Part shown: one piece after another, positions 33,229-41,911 of the stretch
Numbering within the stretch: position 1 is the first letter of the stretch
Layout: each line of letters opens with the position of its first letter
Source of the DNA: Terriglobia bacterium
Lineage (GTDB): Bacteria; Acidobacteriota; Terriglobia; 20CM-2-55-15
Direction: 5' to 3'
DNA: 64,000 nt
Assembly: GCA_965198225.1 (NCBI GenBank)
Contig: CBDAOY010000003.1
Location: 32,001 to 96,000 of the forward strand
The notes under the pieces: model-generated
Database searches by the model: none
The model's input: the letters and a program-made list of their open reading frames with translations, nothing else
What the model was told of the DNA's origin: nothing
Made by a program: the position numbers and the translations under genes

Positions 33229-34854
33229 TTAGTGCTTCTTTCCTAAAGCGTTCAACAGATTGATGCGTCCTTTGCCCAGGAGTTTTTCAAACTCCGGGTT
33301 CAGTCCGTCGATCGAATCTGCGGTCACTATAATCGTGCGTGCGGCTGTGTTGGCCCTCCCACCCAGGGACACCAGCAGTGCGACCGACCCACTGACGAGC
33401 GGTGCACTGAAAGACGTCCCAGAAGCCCTCGCATAGAGACCTCCCGGAAACGTCGTGACAACCTCGTCCCCGGGTGCGGTTACCGAAATATTTTTTCCGA
33501 AGTTCGAGAAGTCGGCCAGCCGGTCCCCGAGATCGGTCGCCGCGACTGCGATGACGGTCGGGTAGGACGCCGGGTAGACATCGCTGGCATCTTCGGCGTT
33601 GTTTCCGGCGGACGCGACGAGAACAATGCCGTCGGACCAGGCCTTCTGCACCACCCGCCCGAAAGCTTCGGAATCCTGGCCGATCGAGAAACTCATGTTG
33701 ATGACGTCTACTTCCTGATCGATTGCCGCGTACACGGCAGTCATCGCTAGAAACAGCGTGGACTGACCCTGGGAGTCGAATGCGCGGATCGGCACCAGTT
33801 GCGCCTCGGGCGCGACCGCGTGAAGGAGCCCGGCGACCAGCGTGCCGTGTCCCAGGCGGTCGAACATGCCGTTACCGAACAGGGACATGGTCGACTGGTT
33901 TACGTGGAAGAACTGGAGCTGTTCCCAGAACAGGGACATGGTCGACTGGTCCAGGGTGAACTGCTGCATCTCCTCCCAGAACAGGGACATAGTCGACTGG
34001 TCCAGCGTGCCCGCCAGCAATTGCTCCCAGAACAGGGACATGGTCGATTGATCCAGGTTGAGCCGTTGGAGCTCTTCCCAGAACAGGGACATGGTCGACT
34101 GGTCCAGCGTACCCGCACGCAGCTGCTCCCAGAACAGGGACATGGTCGATTGGTCCAGGCCGAGCCTCAGCAATTGCTCCCAGAACAGAGACATCGTCGA
34201 CATGTCGATCGAGCTGTTCTTCAGAGCCCGTACGAGATCTTCAAAGAGAGACATCGTGGACTGATCGATGCCGCCGAACTCCGAGACCGTCCCCCCGCCC
34301 AGCAGGTTAACGCCGGGTTCCAGCCAGGTCCGAATCGCCGGATGGTCCAGATCGACGCCGGTGTCGATGAACGCGATGCGCGTCCCCGCACCCGTCGTAA
34401 TGTCACGTGTGTCGGAGGCGTGAATTACATCCAGCCCAATCTGCTCTGCGTAGTGTTCGGGTACTTCCGTTCCAAAGAAATAGGTGGGCGAACCCTCTCC
34501 GAACAGCGACATCACGCTCTGGAAGAGCGACATCGTGCTCTGGTCCAGATCGATTTCGCCGTCTGAGCCCGTTTTCTCCCGGTCCATCCGAATTATCTTG
34601 TTCTCTTCGGCGTCGATGACTGCCTTTTCCTTCTTCAGCTTTTTCTTGACGCTCTTCTTGTTCTCGACTTCGACCAGGTATATCGGTTCGTCGCCGATCT
34701 GTCCGAGAACCCTGCCCTTGTATCTTTTCAGGATCTTGTCTATCGACTTTCCGTCCTTGAGAGTCACGATCAACGTCCGGGTGCCCGCAGCTACAGCCAC
34801 GCCGGGCAGCAGCCAGCCGAGGAGGACCAGAACGAGGATGATGCGTCGATGCAT
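33229..34854 (-). CDS. Secreted S8 subtilisin-family protease with internal QSTMSLF repeats (copy 1)
   Basis: Sec signal peptide; triad FIDTG / GHGT / GTSFSAP, oxyanion SAGN; repeat array between Asp and His. Confidence 0.9.
   Translation of the reverse strand: MHRRIILVLVLLGWLLPGVAVAAGTRTLIVTLKDGKSIDKILKRYKGRVLGQIGDEPIYLVEVENKKSVKKKLKKEKAVIDAEENKIIRMDREKTGSDGEIDLDQSTMSLFQSVMSLFGEGSPTYFFGTEVPEHYAEQIGLDVIHASDTRDITTGAGTRIAFIDTGVDLDHPAIRTWLEPGVNLLGGGTVSEFGGIDQSTMSLFEDLVRALKNSSIDMSTMSLFWEQLLRLGLDQSTMSLFWEQLRAGTLDQSTMSLFWEELQRLNLDQSTMSLFWEQLLAGTLDQSTMSLFWEEMQQFTLDQSTMSLFWEQLQFFHVNQSTMSLFGNGMFDRLGHGTLVAGLLHAVAPEAQLVPIRAFDSQGQSTLFLAMTAVYAAIDQEVDVINMSFSIGQDSEAFGRVVQKAWSDGIVLVASAGNNAEDASDVYPASYPTVIAVAATDLGDRLADFSNFGKNISVTAPGDEVVTTFPGGLYARASGTSFSAPLVSGSVALLVSLGGRANTAARTIIVTADSIDGLNPEFEKLLGKGRINLLNALGKKH
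33877..34269 (-). repeat. Coding repeat array, 8 x (L/I/V)(D/N)(Q/M)STMSLF, mostly 51-bp period
   Basis: Recurring CCCAGAACAGGGACATGGTCGACTGGTCCAG on the + strand; all units in frame. Confidence 0.95.
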
Positions 34855-34869
34855 CGTTTCTAGGCCTCC

Positions 34870-35292
34870 TTATGCCTGTGCTTGCATGGAATAGGCGAGT
34901 CGCCAGTCGCGAGGATCGTTATGGGACAATCCTCGAACGACAAAACGGCGATCGTCGAGCGAGATCGTCAGATCGAAGTCCCCGTCGGGCACGGTGTGAA
35001 ACATGAACTCTCCGATGGGATTCGTCCGCGTCAACGTCTTCTGCCGGTCCGTTTCGATCACGACCGGGAGGTTGGAGACATTACCCAGGGAGGCGGTTTC
35101 CGGCATCACCTGACCTCCGACATGGAGGCACGGGCTGCCGTCCGACTGCTTGACGAGAAGGTCGAGGATGACCCCCCCGCCTTCATAGATCAGGTGCCGA
35201 TCCTCGGCAGAGGCATCCCGGATCAGGGGCACCTCTTCAAACCAGGAATCAAACAGGAGCGAGCCACGAATTTCGACAACGTCATGGTTCAT
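34870..35292 (-). CDS. Small beta-rich hypothetical protein (copy 1), resembling the C-terminal domain of CHAT-associated anti-sigma-like proteins
   Basis: RBS GAGGAGG; GSLLFDSW...RHLIYEGG..LDL...VGGQV...TNPIGEFMF; paralogue at 39280-39696. Confidence 0.75.
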   Translation of the reverse strand: MNHDVVEIRGSLLFDSWFEEVPLIRDASAEDRHLIYEGGGVILDLLVKQSDGSPCLHVGGQVMPETASLGNVSNLPVVIETDRQKTLTRTNPIGEFMFHTVPDGDFDLTISLDDRRFVVRGLSHNDPRDWRLAYSMQAQA

Positions 35293-35375
35293 AATCAGTT
35301 CCTCCTCGTCTTCGGACAAAAGTTCCGAACAAACCAACAAAAGTACGGATTCGCAACGTGGCCCGAGTGTTCTTG
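35283..35375 (-). pseudogene. Decayed 3' end of a second CHAT gene
   Basis: GTTCCTCC..TTCGGACAAAAGTTCCGAA...AAGTACGGAT...AACGTGGC aligns with 39702-39767 of the intact CHAT 3' end. Confidence 0.7.
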
Positions 35376-35704
35376 TTGGCGCCAGTGCAGCATGCTGGGG
35401 CCGGAGCCTTCGGGCCGTCGTTATAGATCGGTGTCCGTATTCTATGCTAAAGACCTAAGATGTTGGGATAGGAAACCTTCTCAGGCGAGGTGTAGTCAGG
35501 GGGGCTTGAAGAGTGTGATTTCCCCGGTGGCTGGCCCGAATCAAAGAGCCTCGCGGGCCCCTCGGCGGAGGATTGGGGAGAATGAGGTCGGATCGGAACC
35601 CGGCAGACACAGCGGATCAAGACGGATCGAGCGAACGGGTGCGACGCGCCACAACCCGCCGACCGACGCCGCGCGCGACCGACTCTTGGCGGGCGCGACC
35701 CGAC

Positions 35705-36355
35705 TCACACCGTGTTGACCAGTCCTTCGCGGATCGCGTACCGAATCAACTCGCCGATCGTCCGAATGCGAAGCTTGTCCATGATGTGCTGCCGATGCGT
35801 ATGGATCGTTTTGGCGCTCACGAACAGCGCATCGGCGACCTCGCTCGACGACTTGCCCTCGGCAAGGAGGTAAAACACTTCCTTTTCGCGTTTAGTGAGT
35901 GCTTCCAGGCCTCTGCGGCTTTCGTCCTCAACTGACCCGAGATTGGCGAGCGTTTTCGTCACTTTGGAGGAGAAGACGGACCCGCCCGAGTGAATCGTTC
36001 GGATCGCCGTGACGAGTTCGTTGTCGAGCGAATCTTTCAGCAGGTACCCGGCAGCGCCGGCGGTGACGGCGCTGGCGATGACCTGCCTTTCATCGTGGAC
36101 GGTCAGCATCAAGACTTTGGAGCCGCCTTCCGTGGCGATTTCCCGGGTGCTTTCGATCCCGTTCTGCCCGGGCATCGATATGTCCATGATGACGATATCC
36201 GGATGCAGTTCCCCGGCCAGTGCGACCGCCTCGGACCCGGTGGAAGCTTCGCCCACGACTTCCATGTCCTGTTCTTCTTCCAGTATTCGTCTCAGCCCCT
36301 GTCTCAGTATTGCGTGATCATCCGCGATCAACAGTCGTATCTTTCCGTTCGTCAT
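35705..36355 (-). CDS. NarL/LuxR-family response regulator (copy 2)
   Basis: 216 aa, same motifs as copy 1 and highly similar. Confidence 0.93.
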   Translation of the reverse strand: MTNGKIRLLIADDHAILRQGLRRILEEEQDMEVVGEASTGSEAVALAGELHPDIVIMDISMPGQNGIESTREIATEGGSKVLMLTVHDERQVIASAVTAGAAGYLLKDSLDNELVTAIRTIHSGGSVFSSKVTKTLANLGSVEDESRRGLEALTKREKEVFYLLAEGKSSSEVADALFVSAKTIHTHRQHIMDKLRIRTIGELIRYAIREGLVNTV

Positions 36356-37514
36356 CCTTTTCTCCCGTTGTTAAGGGCACAATCATTTCAACCGTGGTTC
36401 CCTGGCCCGACGCCGTGCCGAGCCGGAAAGATCCGCCGGTGTCGCTCATCCGCTGGCGGATCGTCCAGAATCCCGAGCTCATCAACTTCCCACTGGCATC
36501 GTAGAAACGACGAGGGTCGAACCCGCATCCATTGTCTTCGACCGATACTCTTACCTCCTGTTCCGCAAAATAGACGTGTATGGTCGCTCTGGAGGCGCCG
36601 GAATGCCTGATCGCGTTGCTGAGCGCCTCCTGACAACATCGGTACAATGCGAGGGTCGTGGGTTCATCCAGGGGTCTTGGGGTGCCGCGCACGCTGCAAC
36701 GGGCTCTGATGCCCGAAGGCCCCGACACCTGGTTCGCCAGTTCCTCCAGCGCGGGGACGAAACCCAGAGTGTCGAGGATCCTCGGATACAGCGTGTGAGA
36801 CAGGTTCCGAACCCTTGCCAGCAACTGGCCCACGTTCTCGCGGGCTTCGGCCAGCTCCTCGATCGTTGTGGCCGAAAAACCGTTCTGTGCGATCCGATTC
36901 TCCAACAGCTTGAGCTTCAGCTTGAGTGTCGCGATCATCTGCCCCACGTCATCGTGCAGGTCGTGGGTAATCCGTCGCCGCTCTGCGTCACGAGCGCGCA
37001 GAGTTTCACGAACCAGTTCCATCTCCGAGATTGCATGCTTCTGGGCTCGAAGCAGGGCCGCGCGGAGGGTCAGTACGGCGGAAATCTGCGGAGCCATCAA
37101 CTCCAGGACCCACGTCGTGTCCTCGGATGTCGGGCTGATCGAAACAAAACCGTATTGCTCGCTTCCGGTTTCGAATGCGACGGTCTGTGCGGCCGGCGAC
37201 GGGGACGGCCATTCCGCCTGATCGTAGGAACGGATGCTGCGTCCGAGGGCGTGCCACTCCTTCCAGGCTCCCGCCACCGCGTACACGACGCGCAGCTCGA
37301 CGGCGGGCGTCAGCTTCCGGACGATCTTCAGGGCCTCGGCGACGACCTTTCGGACGTCCTGGGTTTGCGTGATCGTCCGTCCGAACCGCCCGATCAGGCT
37401 GACGTCAGCGGGCGAAATCCCCGTCGTATCCGCAGCCTGTTTCGATTTCCTGCTCTCCCCGCCTGCAGCGAGCGGCTTAGTTATTTTTTTTCTTTTTGCC
37501 TTTGGCTTTGCCAT
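36318..37514 (-). CDS. Soluble HisKA_3 histidine kinase (copy 2); start uncertain
   Basis: AERRRITHDLHDDVGQ, QEALSNAIRHS, EDNGCGF; similarity to copy 1 starts at ISPADVSLIGRFG. Confidence 0.86.
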   Translation of the reverse strand: MAKPKAKRKKITKPLAAGGESRKSKQAADTTGISPADVSLIGRFGRTITQTQDVRKVVAEALKIVRKLTPAVELRVVYAVAGAWKEWHALGRSIRSYDQAEWPSPSPAAQTVAFETGSEQYGFVSISPTSEDTTWVLELMAPQISAVLTLRAALLRAQKHAISEMELVRETLRARDAERRRITHDLHDDVGQMIATLKLKLKLLENRIAQNGFSATTIEELAEARENVGQLLARVRNLSHTLYPRILDTLGFVPALEELANQVSGPSGIRARCSVRGTPRPLDEPTTLALYRCCQEALSNAIRHSGASRATIHVYFAEQEVRVSVEDNGCGFDPRRFYDASGKLMSSGFWTIRQRMSDTGGSFRLGTASGQGTTVEMIVPLTTGEKDDERKDTTVDRG

Positions 37515-39246
37515 TCCCGTTTCCGTTGGAATTCCCGGTACTGCCTGTGTTCGAGCCAGTTGTATCGCTGTCATCCAACGCCTCAGTCAGGTTGATGCGT
37601 CCCCAGCCCAGCTCGTTCCAGAGAGCCGGGTTCAACGATGACGATTCGATGGAGTCCGCCGTGTGTAGGATAGTGTGTCTGGCGGATATATTGTTCTTAC
37701 CCACGGACATGAGCAACGCCAGCCCGGCGCTCACCATCGGCGCACTGAACGATGTGCCGGACGCTCTGGCATACAGGCCTCCAGGGAACGTGGTTGCCAC
37801 GCCAACCCCCGGAGCCAGGACGTCGACGAAACCGTAGTTCGAGAACGACGCGAGGTGGTCTTCGAAATCCGTCGAGGCGACCGCGATCACCTTGTTGTGT
37901 TGCGCCGGATAAATGTCGTTGTTTATGTAGGCGGCGTCGTTTCCGATCGATGCGACCAGTGCGACTCCTTGCGACCATGCATCGTTCAGTGCCCGGTTCA
38001 TGGCTTTGGATTCGGTACCGATCGAAAAACTCATGTTGATGACGTCGACGTCCAGGGCGAGGGCGGCATAGACGGCGGCGACGGCGAAGAACAGCGTCGA
38101 CCGACCCTGGGAGTCGAATGCGCGGATCGGCACCAGTTGGGCTTCGGGCGCGACCGCGTGCAGGAGCCCGGCGACCAGCGTGCCGTGTCCCAGGCGGTCG
38201 AACATGCCGTTACCGAACAGGGACATCGTCGACTGGTTCACGTAGAAGAACTCGAGCTGTTCCCAGAACAGGGACATGGTCGACTGGTCCAGGGTGAACT
38301 GCTGCATCTCTTCCCAGAACAGGGACATGACCGACTGGTCCACGTCGAGCCTCTGCAGGACTTCCCAGAAAAGCGACATGGTCGACTGGTCCAGAGTACC
38401 TGCGAACAGTTGCTCCCAGAACAGGGACATGGTCGATTGATCCAGGTTGAGTCTCTGGAGCTCTTCCCAGAACAGGGACATGGTCGACTGGTCCAGGGCG
38501 CCAGCCGCGAGCCGCTCCCAGAACAGCGACATGACGGACTGATCCAGGCCAGCCCTCAGCAATTGATCCCAGAACAGCGACATCGTCGACATGTCGATCG
38601 AGCTGTTCTTCAGGGCCCGCACGAGATCTTCAAAGAGCGACATCGTAGACTGGTCGATGCTGCCGTACTCCGAGGCCGACCCCCCACCCAGCAGGTTGAC
38701 GCCGGGCTCCAGCCAGGTCCGAATCGCCGGATGGTCCAGATCGACGCCGGTGTCGATGAACGCGATGCGCGTCCCCGCACCCGTCGTAATGTCACGCGTG
38801 TCGGACGCGTGAATCACATCCAGCGCAATCTGCTCGGCGTAGTGTTCAGGCACTTCCGTCCCGAAGAAATCGGTAGGGGATCCTTCTCCGAATAACGACA
38901 TCACGCTCTGGAACAGCGACATCGTGCTCTGATCCAGATCGAGAAACCCACCGGGTATCGATGGAGGCTTGCTCTCCAGCGATACGAGGCCGTTCGGTTC
39001 CACATCGGTGACCCACTTGTCGCCGGCCAGGTCCTCGATCGGGTCTTCGTCCGTCCCGTCGGTAAGAACCAGGAAAACCGGCTCCTGGCCCATCTGTCCG
39101 AGAACCTGGAGATCGTATTTCGCCTTGACCTGGTTGATCTTGTTTGCGCTCTTGAGTGTTACGATCAGCTCCAGCCCGCCGGCTGAGGCTGCGGTCGGGA
39201 GCAGGAGCCCCGCGATCAGTAAGGTGAGAATTATGCATCTTCGCAT
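37477..39246 (-). CDS. Secreted S8 subtilisin-family protease with QSTMSLF repeats and G/N/K-rich tail (copy 2)
   Basis: Signal peptide; FIDTG / GHGT / GTSFSAP, SIGN; tail GNSNGNGNGKAKGKKKKNN. Confidence 0.9.
   Translation of the reverse strand: MRRCIILTLLIAGLLLPTAASAGGLELIVTLKSANKINQVKAKYDLQVLGQMGQEPVFLVLTDGTDEDPIEDLAGDKWVTDVEPNGLVSLESKPPSIPGGFLDLDQSTMSLFQSVMSLFGEGSPTDFFGTEVPEHYAEQIALDVIHASDTRDITTGAGTRIAFIDTGVDLDHPAIRTWLEPGVNLLGGGSASEYGSIDQSTMSLFEDLVRALKNSSIDMSTMSLFWDQLLRAGLDQSVMSLFWERLAAGALDQSTMSLFWEELQRLNLDQSTMSLFWEQLFAGTLDQSTMSLFWEVLQRLDVDQSVMSLFWEEMQQFTLDQSTMSLFWEQLEFFYVNQSTMSLFGNGMFDRLGHGTLVAGLLHAVAPEAQLVPIRAFDSQGRSTLFFAVAAVYAALALDVDVINMSFSIGTESKAMNRALNDAWSQGVALVASIGNDAAYINNDIYPAQHNKVIAVASTDFEDHLASFSNYGFVDVLAPGVGVATTFPGGLYARASGTSFSAPMVSAGLALLMSVGKNNISARHTILHTADSIESSSLNPALWNELGWGRINLTEALDDSDTTGSNTGSTGNSNGNGNGKAKGKKKKNN
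38215..38658 (-). repeat. Coding repeat array, 9 x (D/N)(Q/M)S(T/V)MSLF, mostly 51-bp period
   Basis: Same unit as 33877-34269 with one extra copy. Confidence 0.95.
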
Positions 39247-39279
39247 TTCTTGAGTTCTCCATCCATGGAAAGAAATCGG

Positions 39280-39696
39280 TTAACAGTCAGTCGAACACGC
39301 TAATTGCCAGTTTCGGGGATCGCTCCGCGAGAGCCCTCGCACCACAAACCGCCGACCCTCCAGCAGGATCGTGAGATCGAAGTCCACGTTCGAGACCGAA
39401 TGAAACATGAATTCTCCGATCGGATTCGTCCGCGTCGCCGTCTTCTTCCTTCGAGTCTCGATCACGACCGGGAGGTTTGCGACGTCCCCCATGGAATCCG
39501 TGTCGGGCAGCACCTGGCCCCCGACGTGAAGGCAGGGGTCTCCGTTCGTGCGTTTGACCAGAAGATCGAGGATGACTCCGCCGCCCTCGTAGATCAGATG
39601 CCGGTCCTCGGGGGACGGGTTCCGGACCCGGGGCGTTTCTTCGAACCAGGAATCGAACAAAAGTGAGCCCCGAATTTCGACAACATCATGTTGCAT
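39280..39696 (-). CDS. Small beta-rich hypothetical protein (copy 2), translationally coupled to CHAT
   Basis: MQHDVVEIRGSLLFDSW; start overlaps the CHAT stop. Confidence 0.75.
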   Translation of the reverse strand: MQHDVVEIRGSLLFDSWFEETPRVRNPSPEDRHLIYEGGGVILDLLVKRTNGDPCLHVGGQVLPDTDSMGDVANLPVVIETRRKKTATRTNPIGEFMFHSVSNVDFDLTILLEGRRFVVRGLSRSDPRNWQLACSTDC

Positions 39697-41708
39697 AACG
39701 AGTTCCTCCGTGTTTTCGGACGAAAGTTCCGAATCCGCCCCAGAAGTACGGATGCGGAAACGTGGCGCGGATCGTCGCCGCGGCGCCATGAGTGGCCGCA
39801 GGCGCGTTCGTGCCGTCGTAAAGTTGATAGAACTGTCTGGAAAAAGATTGCGCCGCCTCATCCCGAATTGCCCAGAACGCCGAGACGATCGTGTGCGCAC
39901 CGGACAGGTAGAAAGCTCTCATCAGCCCCTGCCACTCGTCGCCGGCCGAGATCACCCGGCGTGCGGTATGACAGCCGGTGACGACCAGGGTGCCCGCCCG
40001 GAACTGCATGTCCATCAGTTCCCGGCTCGTCAGGCGACCCTCACTGGTTTCCAGCCAGGAAAGCGCCCCCTGGACCGTGTCGATGCCCGCATGTCCTGCG
40101 ACGTGGACCAACTCCCGATATTGCTTCAAGTGGTGGCCGAGCTCATCAGGAGACGGATTGATGAGCACGACCGCGTCATCGAAGTGTGCCGCGGACTGTT
40201 CCACTTCCGTGACGATGTCTTCCTTTTTGTCCGTGGAAAAAGCGACGAACAGCGGCGGTTCCGCTGGTTCCTCCTCCCGGACCGGGGATGCATACAGCGT
40301 CGCGCTCGGACTGTAGCCGATGGAATGATCCTCGCATAAGAACGATGCGCCATCGTGGAGGGCGTGGAATGGAACGCCGTGCAGGAATCCATGAGGCACG
40401 ACGGTGACGTGCTTGCCCACTTTGTCACGAACGGGCTCGACCAGAGCCTGGTAGAGCTGCTGCAGATGTTCCCTCGCCGTCCGCTCCAGGTGATGAATGA
40501 CCTTACCCAGCCGCTCGAACTTGACACTGCAGCTTGCGATGTGCCGCTCGAGATGGCTCGATTCGGACCGGATCGAGGGGCCCACGCCGGGTCGATGGAC
40601 GCACTCGGTGGTTCCTCGATTGACGATGAAGATGTACAGATCCTTTCCGGAGATGAAGTACTCGAGGATGGTTTCGTCGAGGTCCAGACGTTGGGCCAAC
40701 CCCTCGGATAAGACGCCCTCATCGGCGGGAGCCAGCCGCTCCACCAGGACCCGGGAGCGAGCCCGCTCCGAAAGCCGGAATGCATCCGGAACCGAAGTGG
40801 ACGCGGCGGTCGGCATCATTTGCGTGTAAACGTTCTCTCGATCGGTCATGAAGGCCATCTTGAGGTCGTCCGAGCCGATCCGATGCCAGAGGGAATCCAG
40901 CATGGATTCGGCTTTCCCCAGGAATGGAACACTCCGCGTCTCATCGATCTCGGCAAGCGACGCCCCTAATTCGTAGTAGGCGTGGAATTGCATCCATTCC
41001 GATCGACTCTCCTCTGCAAGCTTCGCGGCGGATTCGAAAGAGTCGATGGCGCACGCTCGATCCCCGGTTTTTCGTTGGATTCGCCCGATGACGATGTCGG
41101 CCATAGCTAACCGGTCGGGCAGGGAACGCTCTTCCAGCAGCGCCCGGGCCGCCGTCGCCTCTCGCAACGCCTGAGCCTCCCCCCGCTCGCCCCTGAACAG
41201 GGCCGCTTGCACCTTTGAAACGGCCGTCCAGACGCTGTTGCCTTCAGACTCGAAGCGTTTGACGGCTTCTCCCAGCAGCCGATCGACTTCTTCGTTCTGG
41301 CCCATCCGAAGCGATGCGACCGCTTCGAAGAGCAACGTCTTGCCGACTTCGTAGTTCAGCCCGATCTTCATACCCAGGGCTCGGGCTCGGCGTGCCGATC
41401 GGATCGCTTCCGAAAGATCGCCGATCTCGAGCAGCATCTCGGCCTCATCGAGCCAGCACAGGCTAACGTGACGGTCGTCGGCCTCGCGCTCGAACTCCTG
41501 CTTCAAGTCTGACATGCCGCGCAGAGCTTGACCGCTGTCTCCTCTCAGGTAATCCAGGTAGGTGCGGTTGTACCGGCTCTGCAGCTCGATCGCGTGCATG
41601 CCGAGTTCGGCAGCGAGCTCGAGGGCCCTTTCATAGCGCCCGTCGGCCTGATCGAATCGATGCAGAGCGGTGAGGACGACTCCTGAGTTCAGGGAGGACG
41701 CGAGGAGG
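39686..41708 (-). CDS. TPR + CHAT (caspase/HetF-like cysteine protease), 5'-truncated
   Basis: TPR-like helices, SERARSR, VPHGFLHGVPFHAL, His motif HVAGHAG, Cys motif VTGCHT, SAFWAIRD, HPYFWGGF; TPR-like reading continues upstream of ATG 41599 to about 41708, then breaks. Confidence 0.82.
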
Positions 41709-41765
41709 CCCGGCCGCCACCCACAGGACGCCAGAACCAGAAGAGGGTTGTTCCGTACGACTCAT
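41709..41765 (-). pseudogene. Displaced, inverted N-terminus of the EamA gene (MSRTEQPSSGSGVLWVAAG)
   Basis: ATG 41765 just downstream of CATAAT; re-inverting about 41709-41911 joins VLWVAAG in frame to ATLWGTD. Confidence 0.7.
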
Positions 41766-41844
41766 TGGTAGGGATTATGGCGCATTGGAACTGGGAGGGC
41801 GGGAAAGAAGTAGGCAATGGGCCGTGGTCGGAAGGCAGGCGCGT

Positions 41845-41910
41845 GTAGGTGCGGTCTATGACCGCACATTGTTCGAACCGAAACAACGTGCGCTCACAGA
41901 GCGCATCTAC
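41845..41910. repeat. GTAG REP doublet
   Basis: GTAGGTGCGGTCTATGACCGCAC ... GTGCGCTCACAGAGCGCATCTAC. Confidence 0.85.
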
Positions 41911-41911
41911 A

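Noticed and set aside
33877-38658. CRISPR-like arrays (about 30-bp constant part plus about 21-bp variable part)
   Set aside because: Period is a multiple of 3, units lie in frame within S8 ORFs with synonymous variation, variable parts recur between arrays, and no cas genes or leader are present
33229-39246. DGR template/variable repeat pair
   Set aside because: Differences are not adenine-specific, both copies are full genes, and there is no reverse transcriptase
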